From Verrucomicrobiales bacterium (GTDB taxonomy: Bacteria > Verrucomicrobiota > Verrucomicrobiia > Verrucomicrobiales > V1-33), in NCBI GenBank assembly GCA_031411295.1, contig JANOAV010000028.1:1-64000 (forward strand): 64,000 nt of DNA, written 5' to 3'. Shown here piece by piece: positions 1 through 9,866 of the stretch (its first letter is position 1; every line of letters starts with the position of its first letter). The notes under the pieces were generated by a model, which ran no database searches, was not told the DNA's origin, and saw only the letters and a list, made by a program, of their open reading frames with translations. Made by a program: the position numbers and the translations under genes.

Positions 1-165
1 AAAAGAATGCGGGAAGCGGCAGGGAGTTATGGGGCATCCGCCCAATCCATCAGAAGCTGGCAGGGCGCCATGGGAAATTACAGAATTCCAGATATTTTTG
101 AATCCTTAAAGGCATTGGCTTAAAAGCGGGACTCCAACTCATGCGCCTATTTAGACTAGCACGAT

Positions 166-825
166 TTACAGTTTGAGGATTTCCCTCGCAAAATGGGCGG
201 TCGTTTGTCTGGCATTCTTCTCTAGTTCAGATTTCAGGCGGGCCGCATTCTGCTCGGTCAGTTCATCGTAACTGGGCGAGTTGGGTTGTTTATCCGGGAT
301 TACTTGATGGGTTCCGCTGGCGACCACCTGACCAGATTTGCAGTCGATGACGCGCAATTGAGCGGAGGAGAATACGCGATACGTGCCCCAATTCACGGGG
401 AAATAGCAGAATCCCCAGCCAATGGTGCGCACATCGACAGCATAATCTGCGTCAGGGCACGCCTTGGCGATTTTCTCTGGCGAATCCTGCAACACTTGAC
501 GTTGACCGAGGGCGGCCATGCCAAGTTTCGAAACCATGGCTGCACTCAATTGCTGACTGATCAAGACCGCTGGATCCTTAATGGCGTTGCTATTGGCCAA
601 TCTGCTGCTAGGGAGCAAGCCGCTGATGGATCCTCCGCTGAGGAGTGCCTTAGTCGGGGTCATGGAGGAGAACGGCGGGGGGGAGCCATTGACGGAAACG
701 CATTTTTTACCGCGAAGGAGGTTGCCATTTGCGAGGGGTTGGTTTGGCACTCCCGCACAGGAAACGAGCAGGGATAATGCGCAGAGGGCAGTGAGGTGAA
801 TCAATTTCAGAATCGTGGGCTTCAT
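166..825 (-). CDS. Hypothetical lipoprotein
   Basis: 219-aa ORF with a signal peptide ending in a lipobox-like LLVS-C; no family recognised. Confidence 0.7.
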   Translation of the reverse strand: MKPTILKLIHLTALCALSLLVSCAGVPNQPLANGNLLRGKKCVSVNGSPPPFSSMTPTKALLSGGSISGLLPSSRLANSNAIKDPAVLISQQLSAAMVSKLGMAALGQRQVLQDSPEKIAKACPDADYAVDVRTIGWGFCYFPVNWGTYRVFSSAQLRVIDCKSGQVVASGTHQVIPDKQPNSPSYDELTEQNAARLKSELEKNARQTTAHFAREILKL

Positions 826-1031
826 CGCAGAGTAAATGGCTTGGTTGGTGCCTCCATGACTAGCGGGACGGAGGCGCGGTTGTCAACGAAATCGCCATGG
901 AGATTGGAATCCGATGTCTAGCAGATTGTTCGAAATTTGCAATAAAACTGAAAGCGCGACACCTGCCATTACCTTCGCAGCAACGATAATTTCTCCCTTC
1001 GATTCTCTTTGGCGACCCTGTGGAGTGTGCT

Positions 1032-2243
1032 ATGGATGCACCTCTCCCAACTCTGCTTATGCACCCAACTCGCTGGTCGGTCTTTTTTGCTCTTTTAGGC
1101 CTTACGGTCCTCATTCCTGCCTACTTTATTCCAGCCATGCTCGTGGCCAACGCCATTGATGGCAGCCGCTGGCTCTCCATTTGGTCGGGCATTGCGACGT
1201 TCTGGGAGAAGGGATTTTACTTCTTGGCTGGCGTCATTTTCTGTTTCAGCATGATCTTTCCGCTGGTGAAACTCTGTCTGTGTCTGATCTGCGGCACGGG
1301 CGGCTGCTGGCTGCCGCAGAAATTTCGTGAACGGGTGATTCATATCACCGAATGGACCGCCAAGTATTCCATGCTGGATGTGCTGGTGATCGCCATGCTC
1401 ATTCTGCTGGTGAAGGTGGAAGAGTTCATCCTGATCCTGCCCAGCCTAGGGCTCTATTTGTTCAGCTTTGCGGTGCTCTGTTCCGCGATTTCCAGCGGGT
1501 TGCTGAAACGGAGTTTCCACCCGAGCCGAGTGGAAGCCGAGCTTCCGCCCCGGGGGCAACGGCCTCGAATTTGGTTCGTGCCCTGGTTGATTGCCGGGGC
1601 CGCGGTGGCACTGGCTGGGCTGACGATCACGATTTCCAATCTCGGTGGCAAGGTGGATCGGGTGCAGTTGACTAATCTGACGAAGCGGCCGATCCCGCGG
1701 ACCATGGAAAAACTATTGGGGCTGAAGGAGATCACCAAAGCCGAACACTCGTTCTGGTCCAGAGATACTTGGAATCGTCTGGTGGAAGCGGTGCAGGCCG
1801 CCAGCACGGATTCTGGTTGGAAGGTGCCGCAAGGTTACCTCGTGGTAGAAACCATCAGCGGCCGGAAACTGGAAACGAAGCGTCAGGAGGTGCATTTGGA
1901 GGACCCCAATCTGAAGCTGAAATTCGATCTACCTGAACCCCTGCCGCTCAATGACATTGCCAGTATCGAGCTGCGCACCGCCGTGGAGTTCGCAGGCGTC
2001 ATGCCGGCGGAATCCTCCGAAGAACGCTTGGCGGTAAATAATGACGCCTTCCGGGCTTGGACCCCGGATTGGTATGGCCGACTTTTCCTTTTCCGCTGGG
2101 CAGGCCCGCCCAATGGCGAGTTCACGGCCGGGTGTGCTCTGGCGGCTCTGGGCTTACTGACCGCCTACTGGGCGGCCAGCGGTTTATTGTGCGGGGCCCG
2201 GCCCGGCCCGCGTCGCAACCCGGTGCCCACGGTGGCCAGTTGA
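1032..2243 (+). CDS. Paraquat-inducible protein A (PqiA)-domain membrane protein with a C-terminal soluble extension
   Basis: Multiple TM segments with PqiA-like FSMIFPLVKL and WTAKYSMLDVLVIAMLILLVK; start taken at ATG 1032 (ATG 1059 is an alternative). Confidence 0.75.
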   Translation: MDAPLPTLLMHPTRWSVFFALLGLTVLIPAYFIPAMLVANAIDGSRWLSIWSGIATFWEKGFYFLAGVIFCFSMIFPLVKLCLCLICGTGGCWLPQKFRERVIHITEWTAKYSMLDVLVIAMLILLVKVEEFILILPSLGLYLFSFAVLCSAISSGLLKRSFHPSRVEAELPPRGQRPRIWFVPWLIAGAAVALAGLTITISNLGGKVDRVQLTNLTKRPIPRTMEKLLGLKEITKAEHSFWSRDTWNRLVEAVQAASTDSGWKVPQGYLVVETISGRKLETKRQEVHLEDPNLKLKFDLPEPLPLNDIASIELRTAVEFAGVMPAESSEERLAVNNDAFRAWTPDWYGRLFLFRWAGPPNGEFTAGCALAALGLLTAYWAASGLLCGARPGPRRNPVPTVAS

Positions 2244-2487
2244 TTGGCGTTGCGATTTTTTTGGCACCTGGAAGCGGATTCCTCCTGATTCGGGTAATTC
2301 GTGGGGAAAATTGCCCGGTGCCGGATCCGCCGTTCCGGAATTCGGAATTCCCGAAATTGAAAACTTCTCTTGCGTTTCCCTCCCATGCCGTTTACCGCCA
2401 AGACGGGGAACGTGTGGAGCGCTCTGCAAGCGCATCTTAAAATCGCGTGGTAGTGGCATGGCAATCTCAGATGACTGGGAAATCCAT

Positions 2488-2515
2488 TTGACACGGTTGC
2501 AGAGCCTACTAATAT
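2488..2515 (+). promoter_or_regulatory. Sigma70-type promoter of rplM-rpsI
   Basis: TTGACA-16 nt-TAATAT, ending about 45 nt upstream of the rplM ATG. Confidence 0.6.
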
Positions 2516-2559
2516 CCCCGCTCCCAAAACGCCCGAACCTTTTAGAAATTACCTCCCGA

Positions 2560-2991
2560 ATGAAGACTTTTTCCGCTAAAGCCCAAGACATCCAACGCAA
2601 ATGGTATGTGATCGATGCCGCCAACCGTGTGTTGGGCGATGTCGCTGTCCACGCTGCTGTTATTCTCCGTGGCAAAAACAAGGCCATTTTCACCTCCAAC
2701 GTTGATTGCGGAGACTTTGTCGTCATCATCAATGCCGACCAAGTCGTGCTGACGGGTAAGAAGGAAGTGGAGAAGAAATACCACTGGTTCACCGGTTTCG
2801 TCGGTGGTCACCATGAAACGACCCCCAAGAAGATGCGCAATTCCGGTCGCGCTGACAAAATGGTCTTCAATGCCGTCGAAGGCATGATCCCCCACAACAG
2901 CCTCGGACGGGACATCGTCGGCAAACTCCGGGTTTACCGTGGCAGCGAGCATCCGCACACCGCGCAAGAGCCCACCCCAGTGCAGTTCTAA
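2560..2991 (+). CDS. rplM: 50S ribosomal protein L13
   Basis: MKTFSAK..RKWYVIDA..LRGKNK..DCGDFVVIINA..HPHTAQEP; the true start is ATG 2560, not the ORF-track start 2311; followed by rpsI. Confidence 0.98.
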   Translation: MKTFSAKAQDIQRKWYVIDAANRVLGDVAVHAAVILRGKNKAIFTSNVDCGDFVVIINADQVVLTGKKEVEKKYHWFTGFVGGHHETTPKKMRNSGRADKMVFNAVEGMIPHNSLGRDIVGKLRVYRGSEHPHTAQEPTPVQF

Positions 2992-3031
2992 GCAAATTTT
3001 CCCTCCCCTCAAAGAATCAATTTCCTAAATT

Positions 3032-3423
<392 letters not shown>

Positions 3424-3451
3424 CCGCTTCCGAGGAACTTATCTCCAATTT

Positions 3452-3489
3452 CGCAACAACCGATGCCGCTCTGGCATCGGTTGTTCGCG
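3452..3489 (+). terminator. Stem-loop after rpsI (probable terminator)
   Basis: Perfect 13-bp inverted repeat AACAACCGATGCC-gctct-GGCATCGGTTGTT; weak U-tract. Confidence 0.65.
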
Positions 3490-3529
3490 TTATGGAAGGT
3501 CGCACGCAGCGAATGTGGATCGGTCTGGT

Positions 3530-3770
3530 AGAATGTGGAGCAACCCGCTGGGCTGCTCATGCTAGCCCGCACTTCTCACCAGATTCTGCTGCGGCTTGAT
3601 CTTGCTTGATTTACCTGCGTTGCGCTTGGTTGCTCCTTGGACAGTATGTCCGCATACAGCCCTGCATCGCACCCTGCGCGCGCCTTGGTTAATCACCCAA
3701 TCTCTGCGCCTCGCGACGAATTTGGTGAGAAATGCGGGATAGATCAGCCCAGCGGGCAGATCCACATTCT
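3530..3770. repeat. Outer palindromic (REP-like) element split by a MITE-like insert
   Basis: Arms AGAATGTGGA....CCCGCTGGGCTG (3530-3555) and CAGCCCAGCGGG....TCCACATTCT (3745-3770) are reverse complements. Confidence 0.65.
3562..3742. mobile_element. MITE-like element with about 25-bp imperfect TIRs and CTAG-type ends
   Basis: Left CTAGCCCGCACTTCTCACCAGATTC, right GAATTTGGTGAGAAATGCGGGATAG; no transposase within. Confidence 0.65.
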
Positions 3771-3807
3771 TTTGAATTCACCCATTTTAAAATGGAAATG
3801 GTCTGCG

Positions 3808-4860
3808 TTAGGAAACGCCGATCTCGGGATAGTCCGTGTAACCCACAGGACCGCGGGCATAGAATGTGGCGGGATTGGGTTCGTTGAGTGGGGCGTCCTT
3901 GGCGAAACGTTCCACCAGATCCGGATTGGCAATATAGCTCTTGCCCCAGGCCACGGCATCTGTCGTTCCCGCAGCAATCGCAGCTTCAGCCGACTCCCTG
4001 CTGAATCCTTGGTTGGCAATGTAAACTCCGCCGAAAGCCTGCTTGAGCTGGGGACCGAGTTCGCTGCCGTCATAGGACTCCCGGGCGCAAAGGAACGCCA
4101 GTTGACGTTTTCCGGCCTCGGCCGCCACGTAGCCAAAGGTGGCGGCGGGGTTGGAATCCCCCATGCCGTGGGCATCGCACTTGGGGGCCAAATGTAATCC
4201 CACCCGATCCGCGCCCCACACGGAAACGGCGGCATCCACCGCTTCGAGCATCAACCGGGCGCGATTTTCAATCGAGCCGCCATATTCATCGGTGCGGAGG
4301 TTGGTGGAGTCTTGGAGGAACTGGTCGAGGAGGTAGCCATTGGCACCATGAAGCTCTACGCCATCGAAGCCGGCTAGCTGGGCATTTTCCGCCCCCAGAC
4401 GATAGGCCGCCACGATGCCCGGGATCTCTGCTAACTCCAGGGCGCGCGGGGTCTCAAATGCTTTCTCCGGACGGATCAAGCTCACGTGGCCGCTGGCTTT
4501 CACAGCGCTGGGAGCCACGGGCGGGGCTCCATTAAGGTAAATGGGATCGGAAACGCGCCCGACATGCCACAGTTGCAGCACGATCAATCCGCCGCGGGCA
4601 TGCACTGCCTTGGTGATCATTTTCCAGCCAGCCACCTGCTCATCCGACCAAATTCCAGGGGTGTCAGGATAGCCAACTCCCATGGGATCCACCGAAGTGG
4701 CTTCGGAAATGATCAAGCCAGCAGAAGCCCGCTGAGCATAGTATTCAGCATTCAACGCCTGGGGGACGCGGCCCGCTGCGGCCCGGGTGCGGGTCAGCGG
4801 AGCCATGATGATGCGATTGCGCAGCGCTAACGCGCCAGCTTGGAGGGGGGTATGGAGCAC
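3808..4860 (-). CDS. Alkene reductase / NADH:flavin oxidoreductase (old yellow enzyme family, NemA/XenB-like)
   Basis: NRIIMAPLTRTRA, QLWHVGRVS, GFDGVELHGANGYLLDQFL, GYTDYP; GTG start. Confidence 0.95.
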   Translation of the reverse strand: MLHTPLQAGALALRNRIIMAPLTRTRAAAGRVPQALNAEYYAQRASAGLIISEATSVDPMGVGYPDTPGIWSDEQVAGWKMITKAVHARGGLIVLQLWHVGRVSDPIYLNGAPPVAPSAVKASGHVSLIRPEKAFETPRALELAEIPGIVAAYRLGAENAQLAGFDGVELHGANGYLLDQFLQDSTNLRTDEYGGSIENRARLMLEAVDAAVSVWGADRVGLHLAPKCDAHGMGDSNPAATFGYVAAEAGKRQLAFLCARESYDGSELGPQLKQAFGGVYIANQGFSRESAEAAIAAGTTDAVAWGKSYIANPDLVERFAKDAPLNEPNPATFYARGPVGYTDYPEIGVS

Positions 4861-4923
4861 GAGGTTAAGTGAGTGAGTGATTTATAATATGTAAAGTAAG
4901 GGAGAGACAGTCGAGGCTCTGTC

Positions 4924-5250
4924 TTATTCACTTAACTTAGTAAGCTTATTGGCCAAGGTTGACTTCGGATGCGCGCCGACCACACGCTCGATTTCCTGGC
5001 CGCTCTTGAAAAAGACCAAGGTGGGGAGCGCTTGGATCCCAAATTGCTGCGCCAGCGCCATTTCCTCCTCGGTGTTGATGGAGACAATTTTGGCCCGACC
5101 ATCAAACTGGCCTGCCAGTTCGTCCAACACGGGTGCCAGCATGCGGCAGGGGCCGCACCAGGAAGCCCAGAAATCCACGAGGACCGGAACAGGGGAGGCA
5201 AGCACTTCGGTGGCGAAGTTGGCGGAATTTACAGGGATGGAGTGATTCAT
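4924..5250 (-). CDS. trxA: Thioredoxin
   Basis: VLVDFWASWCGPCRML active site; 108 aa. Confidence 0.95.
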   Translation of the reverse strand: MNHSIPVNSANFATEVLASPVPVLVDFWASWCGPCRMLAPVLDELAGQFDGRAKIVSINTEEEMALAQQFGIQALPTLVFFKSGQEIERVVGAHPKSTLANKLTKLSE

Positions 5251-5282
5251 AATGGTTAATTGGTTGTTGGAAACAGATATAA

Positions 5283-5297
5283 TAGACCAGTCGTCTT
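5283..5297. promoter_or_regulatory. NemR-like TetR operator upstream of trxA
   Basis: TAGACCAGTCGTCTT, resembling the TAGACC..GGTCTA NemR-type box; a second copy sits at 5919. Confidence 0.65.
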
Positions 5298-5317
5298 GTA
5301 AAGTGGAAAAGTTCCCT

Positions 5318-5905
5318 TTACTTACCCGTGAGCACCTGGCGGAGAAAGGAGGTCGCTTGGCGCAACGGGGTCACACAGCGACACGTGGCTGCACGCTGGA
5401 GCGCTCCAGTCCAGAGATCATGAATCAGAGCGGCAGTTAGTGAGGGATCGATGTGAGCCGGGATCAATTGTTGGTTGATGCCTTCTGTGATGACGGCGGC
5501 ATAGATCGCCAACCACTGCTCGGTGGCCTCTGATAGCACCTGCCGCATGGGTTCGCTGAGGTCCGATATCTCCGCTGCTAATTTGACCACGAGACAAGGG
5601 CAGCGGCCTTCGCATTGGGTTGCCTTGAGAATCGTTCCTTCCAAATAAGTGAACAAGCGCGCCACCGGATCTGTTTCCACAGTGGAGTTCAGGAGCACGC
5701 GTTTTTTAAACTCCGTGGAGGCCTCGCAATAATGCCGCAGTAATTCCACCCCGAATTGTTCCTTCGAGGCAAAATAATGATAGAAGGAACCCTTCGGAAC
5801 CTTTACCGCCTGCAAGATCTCGTTTAGACCAACGGAATGAAAGCTCTTCTCAAGCATGATCGACTCCGCCGCCTGCAAGATTCTTTCTTTCGTGGTAGCA
5901 CTCAT
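5318..5905 (-). CDS. TetR/AcrR-family repressor, NemR-like
   Basis: TKERILQAA..FHSVGLNEIL..VPKGSFYHYFASKEQFG; CLVVKLAAEISDLSEPMR; start at ATG 5905. Confidence 0.92.
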   Translation of the reverse strand: MSATTKERILQAAESIMLEKSFHSVGLNEILQAVKVPKGSFYHYFASKEQFGVELLRHYCEASTEFKKRVLLNSTVETDPVARLFTYLEGTILKATQCEGRCPCLVVKLAAEISDLSEPMRQVLSEATEQWLAIYAAVITEGINQQLIPAHIDPSLTAALIHDLWTGALQRAATCRCVTPLRQATSFLRQVLTGK

Positions 5906-5918
5906 GTCAGCCACATTC

Positions 5919-5933
5919 TGGACCAATCGTCTA
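5919..5933. promoter_or_regulatory. NemR-like TetR operator upstream of the tetR gene (autoregulation)
   Basis: TGGACCAATCGTCTA, 13 nt upstream of the ATG; 12/15 identical to the 5283 box. Confidence 0.65.
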
Positions 5934-5987
5934 GTGAAGTCAACCAGTTCTCGCTGGCAGAAGGTTGTGGTGGCAGATGCTCGTCAT

Positions 5988-6104
5988 GTAGCCGTCGCCC
6001 CAACGCGTGTCGGCATTCGTGATCGACGTTGGCGTTTGGTGGTTCGTGGGGTTGATCGCCTTTGGTGAGTCGTCCTGGTCATCACGCGGAGCGATGATGA
6101 CTAC
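5988..6104. repeat. Degenerate GTAG-family REP pair
   Basis: GTAGCCGTCGCCCAACGCGTG ... CATCACGCGGAGCGATGATGACTAC in inverted orientation. Confidence 0.45.
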
Positions 6105-6142
6105 TTTGCGGAAATGGTCTGGCGCTGCTGCGGGCGACGGAG

Positions 6143-6502
6143 CTAGATCAGGGTTTCGGTCCAGGCTGGTTCCTTGAAACCCACCAGGAAGATCGCGTTG
6201 GCCGGGTCAATCGCGAAAGGTCGTTTCACGAGATTTCCCTGCTGGGATAAGAGTTGCAGGACCGCAGCGGGTGTCATCGTCGGTAGTTGGTCCTTCATTC
6301 CGAGCGCGCGATAATCCTGACCCGAGGTGTTGCAAAGAGCGCGCAGATCTCCCGCGTGCGCTTCCAGCATGGCGCTGAGTTCCGCCACGGTTGGGGGTGT
6401 CTCGCGGATGGGAATTTCCTGGAAGGGGATTTTCTGGGCGGAAAGCCACTTGGTGGCGTTCTTGCAGGTGGAGCAGCCGGAGTAGGTGTAAACTTTAAGC
6501 AT
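6143..6502 (-). CDS. ArsC/Spx-family (arsenate reductase-like) thioredoxin-fold protein
   Basis: YSGCSTCKNA..W; NTSGQDYR; GNLVKRPF. Confidence 0.9.
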   Translation of the reverse strand: MLKVYTYSGCSTCKNATKWLSAQKIPFQEIPIRETPPTVAELSAMLEAHAGDLRALCNTSGQDYRALGMKDQLPTMTPAAVLQLLSQQGNLVKRPFAIDPANAIFLVGFKEPAWTETLI

Positions 6503-6513
6503 TCGAGGAAAGG

Positions 6514-7020
6514 TTATTTGATTTGCAGGTCGTCATCCGTCCAGAGTTTGCGGTCTGGTCCCGCCGAACGGATTTCCATTTCGGTGGCGGACTGTTGGTG
6601 GAAGAAATACGGCGTTCCCCAACGGTCAACCATTTCGCCTGCAGCGTTTTGCTTAACCCCGTCGGGCAGGCCGATTTGCAGTTTCTTGTCGTTATCGCCC
6701 AGCAAGCTTTGCGTGATTTCTGCATTAGCGCCCACCGGATTGGCGCCGAGCGATTTGCGGAAGCTTTCGATGGAGAAACTCACCTGCTGCAACTCCTGCT
6801 CCGGCGTTTGGGTAACGCTGGGCGTGGCCAGTGGAGGATCCGGGAGCACGGCCGGGGGGCCGGAAATGGGGGCCACAGTTGGCGCAGGCGCGGCAGGTGC
6901 ATTGTTTGGCGCAGACTTGGCACCGATTGGCATCAGGGGTGCAGTCACTTGGGTGAAAAGTAATACGAGGACACAGACGACAGCTAGCAGACTGAAGAGG
7001 AGCAGGAAACGACGGTTCAT
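6514..7020 (-). CDS. Membrane-anchored hypothetical protein with a GspG-like C-terminal motif
   Basis: N-terminal TM helix, Pro/Ala linker, C-terminal DRWGTPYFF..IRSAGPDRKLWTDDDL. Confidence 0.75.
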   Translation of the reverse strand: MNRRFLLLFSLLAVVCVLVLLFTQVTAPLMPIGAKSAPNNAPAAPAPTVAPISGPPAVLPDPPLATPSVTQTPEQELQQVSFSIESFRKSLGANPVGANAEITQSLLGDNDKKLQIGLPDGVKQNAAGEMVDRWGTPYFFHQQSATEMEIRSAGPDRKLWTDDDLQIK

Positions 7021-7073
7021 AGCTTAGTTGAACCACAGTTTCCAGACCGATGCCAGCTATTTCCCGTCATGGC

Positions 7074-7212
7074 CAGGGCGGATTTTTGCACGGTGTAAGT
7101 TTTTGATTATCAACAGAACATGCGGTGGTGACGCGCTGCTGCGCGTCATTGGACTTCCTCTTTCAGACACGCGCAGCAGCGCGTTTCCACCTCCGTGCAA
7201 AAATCCGCCCTG
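7074..7212. mobile_element. MITE (139 bp) with perfect 20-bp TIRs and a 10-bp target-site duplication
   Basis: TIR CAGGGCGGATTTTTGCACGG at 7074-7093 and its reverse complement at 7193-7212; direct repeat CCGTCATGGC at 7064-7073 and 7213-7222. Confidence 0.85.
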
Positions 7213-7268
7213 CCGTCATGGCGCGGACGACACAATGCTCCCAGCGCTGACGCAGTTACCGCACCACG

Positions 7269-7751
7269 TCAGTTCGGGCTCACTTGCAGATCCCCTTGGA
7301 TAACCAAGCCCGAGCCATAGGCCACGCGGTCTCCAGTGCTGTCACAAATCACGAAGCTAATCACGTCCGGGGTGCCAGCCGTGCCATCGGGTTTGTCGTC
7401 AGCGATCATGATCCAGTAATGGTAGCCTTTGACTGCTGCGGGCTGATTGGTCAAGTCGCCATCGCATTTACCGGTCAACACCACCGTGGGATTGTGCTTT
7501 CCGTAGGAATTCATCACCTCGATGGTCTTGGCGACAAATGTGCCCTTGACCGAATCGGTGAGATCAACCCGGATGGATAAGCTGCCACTGGGGTAGAATG
7601 GGGCGGCTGAGGGGTCAAAGGTGGCATCCACTTTGATAGCGAATTTGCCGGTATGGGCCGCGTCTTGGCGACTTTGAATCGCGACGGTGGCACTACCGGT
7701 GACTCGGCTGCGCGTGGAATGATGGAGGCTGGGAATATTGGCTGAAGGCAT
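7269..7751 (-). CDS. Hypothetical protein (beta-rich)
   Basis: Open frame with protein-like composition downstream of the PEP carboxykinase gene; start uncertain (ATG 7751 chosen). Confidence 0.6.
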   Translation of the reverse strand: MPSANIPSLHHSTRSRVTGSATVAIQSRQDAAHTGKFAIKVDATFDPSAAPFYPSGSLSIRVDLTDSVKGTFVAKTIEVMNSYGKHNPTVVLTGKCDGDLTNQPAAVKGYHYWIMIADDKPDGTAGTPDVISFVICDSTGDRVAYGSGLVIQGDLQVSPN

Positions 7752-7871
7752 AATATGGCTTGGTTGAGATGGCGGAAACGGCATTGCCCGATTCCTCAAC
7801 CTGCCATTCGAAATTTTTGGGCGGATGTTACAAAGAAACTGCATTTTCTTTGCCGTGCCCACAGACTGCCC

Positions 7872-9665
7872 CTACAAGCGGGCGCTCAACAGTTCCTTTT
7901 GATAGACCAACTCCTTTGGCAAATGGTCGTAGAGCTTCAGGAACAATTCCCCCTGGCTAATGACTTCCGTGCGCCATTCTTCGGCTTGGAAGGCCATGCA
8001 GGCGTTGAAATCCTCCTGCGTAAACCCTTCGAGACCTTCGGTGCGGAAGTCCTCATAGTGCGGGACCCAGCCGATCTGCGTTTCGTGGCCCGGGATGTGA
8101 CCCTGGCAGCGCTGGGTGATCCATTCCAACACCCGCATGTTTTCTCCGAAGCCGGGCCAGAGAAATTTTCCTTCCGCGTTTTTGCGGAACCAATTCACAT
8201 GGAAGATGCGCGGCAGATACTTGATGTGACGGCGCATTTCGATCCAGTGCTGGAAGTAGTCCCCCATATTATAACCGGTAAATGGCAGCATCGCCATGGG
8301 GTCGCGTCGCACCTGCCCCACGGCTCCGGCAGCGGCGGCGGTCGTTTCGCTGCCCATGGTGGCCCCCATGTAAACGCCATGGGTCCAGTTGAACGCTTGA
8401 TAGACTAACGGCATGGTGGTGGGCCTGCGCCCGCCAAAAACAATCGCGCTGATGGGCACCCCATCGGGGTTTTCAAATGCAGGATCGATGCTGGGGCATT
8501 GCTGAATGGGGGTGGTGAATCGACTATTCGGATGGGCGGCGGGCGTTCCGTTGGTGCCGTCCCAGGCGTTGCCGCGCCAATCGATGAGCCCTGCCGGCGG
8601 CTGTTCTGTGAGACCTTCCCACCAGACATCGTTGTCGGCCGTGAGGGCCACATTGGTGAAAATGGTATTGCTGGCCATGGCTGTCATCGCACTGGGATTC
8701 GAGTGCCAGTTCGTGCCCGGAGCCACCCCAAAGAATCCCGCTTCCGGGTTGATGGCATGTAATTTCCCGTCCTCGTGCGCCCAGAGCCAGGCAATGTCAT
8801 CCCCTACCAGCGTGGTCTTCCATCCTTCATAGCCAGCCGGAGGAATGAGCATGGCCAGATTTGTTTTGCCGCAGGCGCTGGGAAATGCCGCCGTGATGTA
8901 AGTCCGCTGTCCTACTGGATTCTCCAATCCAAGGATGAGCATGTGCTCCGCCAGCCAGCCTTCGTCGCGCGCTTTGGCGCTGGCGATGCGCAGGGCGAGA
9001 CACTTTTTCCCCAGCAGCGCATTGCCGCCGTAGCCGCTCCCAAAGCTCCAGATGCTCCTTTCCTCTGGAAAATGCACGATGTATTTATCCGGATTGCACG
9101 GCCAGGAAACATCCTGCTGCCCCGGTCCCAAAGGCGCGCCGACGCTGTGCAAGCAGGGCACGAACTCACCCGCTTCGCCAAGTTTGTCCCAGATCGAAGC
9201 GCCCATGCGGGTCATGATCCGCATGTGCACCACCACATAGGCGCTGTCTGTTATTTCCACGCCGAGCATCCGCAACGGAGAGTCCAGCGGCCCCATGCAA
9301 AAGGGCACGATATACATTGTCCTCCCCGCCATGCAGCATGCGAATAGTCCCTTCAAATGAGACTTCATCTCCGCGGGAGCCCGCCAATTATTGGTGGGCC
9401 CCGCATCACTGGACCGTCTGCTGCAGATGAACGTGCGCTCCTCCACCCGGGCCACATCGCCCGGATCCGAGGATGCTAGATAGCTGTTAGGGCGCTTAAT
9501 GGGATCCAATTGCCGCAGGGTTCCCGCAGCGGTCAGGAGTCCCAGCAGGGCGGTATTTTCCGCTTCACTGCCATCGCACCAATGCACTGCAGCAGGTTTA
9601 GTCAGGGCGATAATTTCCTCGATCCAGGCGAGCAGAGCAGCATGTTTGGTGGGGGGAGTGGGCAT
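7872..9665 (-). CDS. pckG: Phosphoenolpyruvate carboxykinase (GTP)
   Basis: [60 protein letters not shown]. Confidence 0.98.
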   Translation of the reverse strand: MPTPPTKHAALLAWIEEIIALTKPAAVHWCDGSEAENTALLGLLTAAGTLRQLDPIKRPNSYLASSDPGDVARVEERTFICSRRSSDAGPTNNWRAPAEMKSHLKGLFACCMAGRTMYIVPFCMGPLDSPLRMLGVEITDSAYVVVHMRIMTRMGASIWDKLGEAGEFVPCLHSVGAPLGPGQQDVSWPCNPDKYIVHFPEERSIWSFGSGYGGNALLGKKCLALRIASAKARDEGWLAEHMLILGLENPVGQRTYITAAFPSACGKTNLAMLIPPAGYEGWKTTLVGDDIAWLWAHEDGKLHAINPEAGFFGVAPGTNWHSNPSAMTAMASNTIFTNVALTADNDVWWEGLTEQPPAGLIDWRGNAWDGTNGTPAAHPNSRFTTPIQQCPSIDPAFENPDGVPISAIVFGGRRPTTMPLVYQAFNWTHGVYMGATMGSETTAAAAGAVGQVRRDPMAMLPFTGYNMGDYFQHWIEMRRHIKYLPRIFHVNWFRKNAEGKFLWPGFGENMRVLEWITQRCQGHIPGHETQIGWVPHYEDFRTEGLEGFTQEDFNACMAFQAEEWRTEVISQGELFLKLYDHLPKELVYQKELLSARL

Positions 9666-9866
9666 CAGGCGGGAAGGGGGTTATTGGAGGGTGAAGAATT
9701 CTAAGCAAGTTCAGGACCAAAAATGAACGGGTTGGGCACATTTTCAGCTGAAAGTTTCCCCGAAAACTACTTGGCAACTGGTTTTGCTTCGCCACAATCG
9801 CTCATACATGTTACACCCCACACGCTCCGGCCAGGCGTTTGGAAATTTTCCACCATCAAGAACCTA

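Noticed and set aside
2311..2559. N-terminal extension of L13 (similar over-long starts at 9723, 10297, 15968, 32459, 32501)
   Set aside because: Alternative-start artefacts of the ORF track; homology or signal peptides begin at downstream ATGs, and a promoter lies within this stretch.
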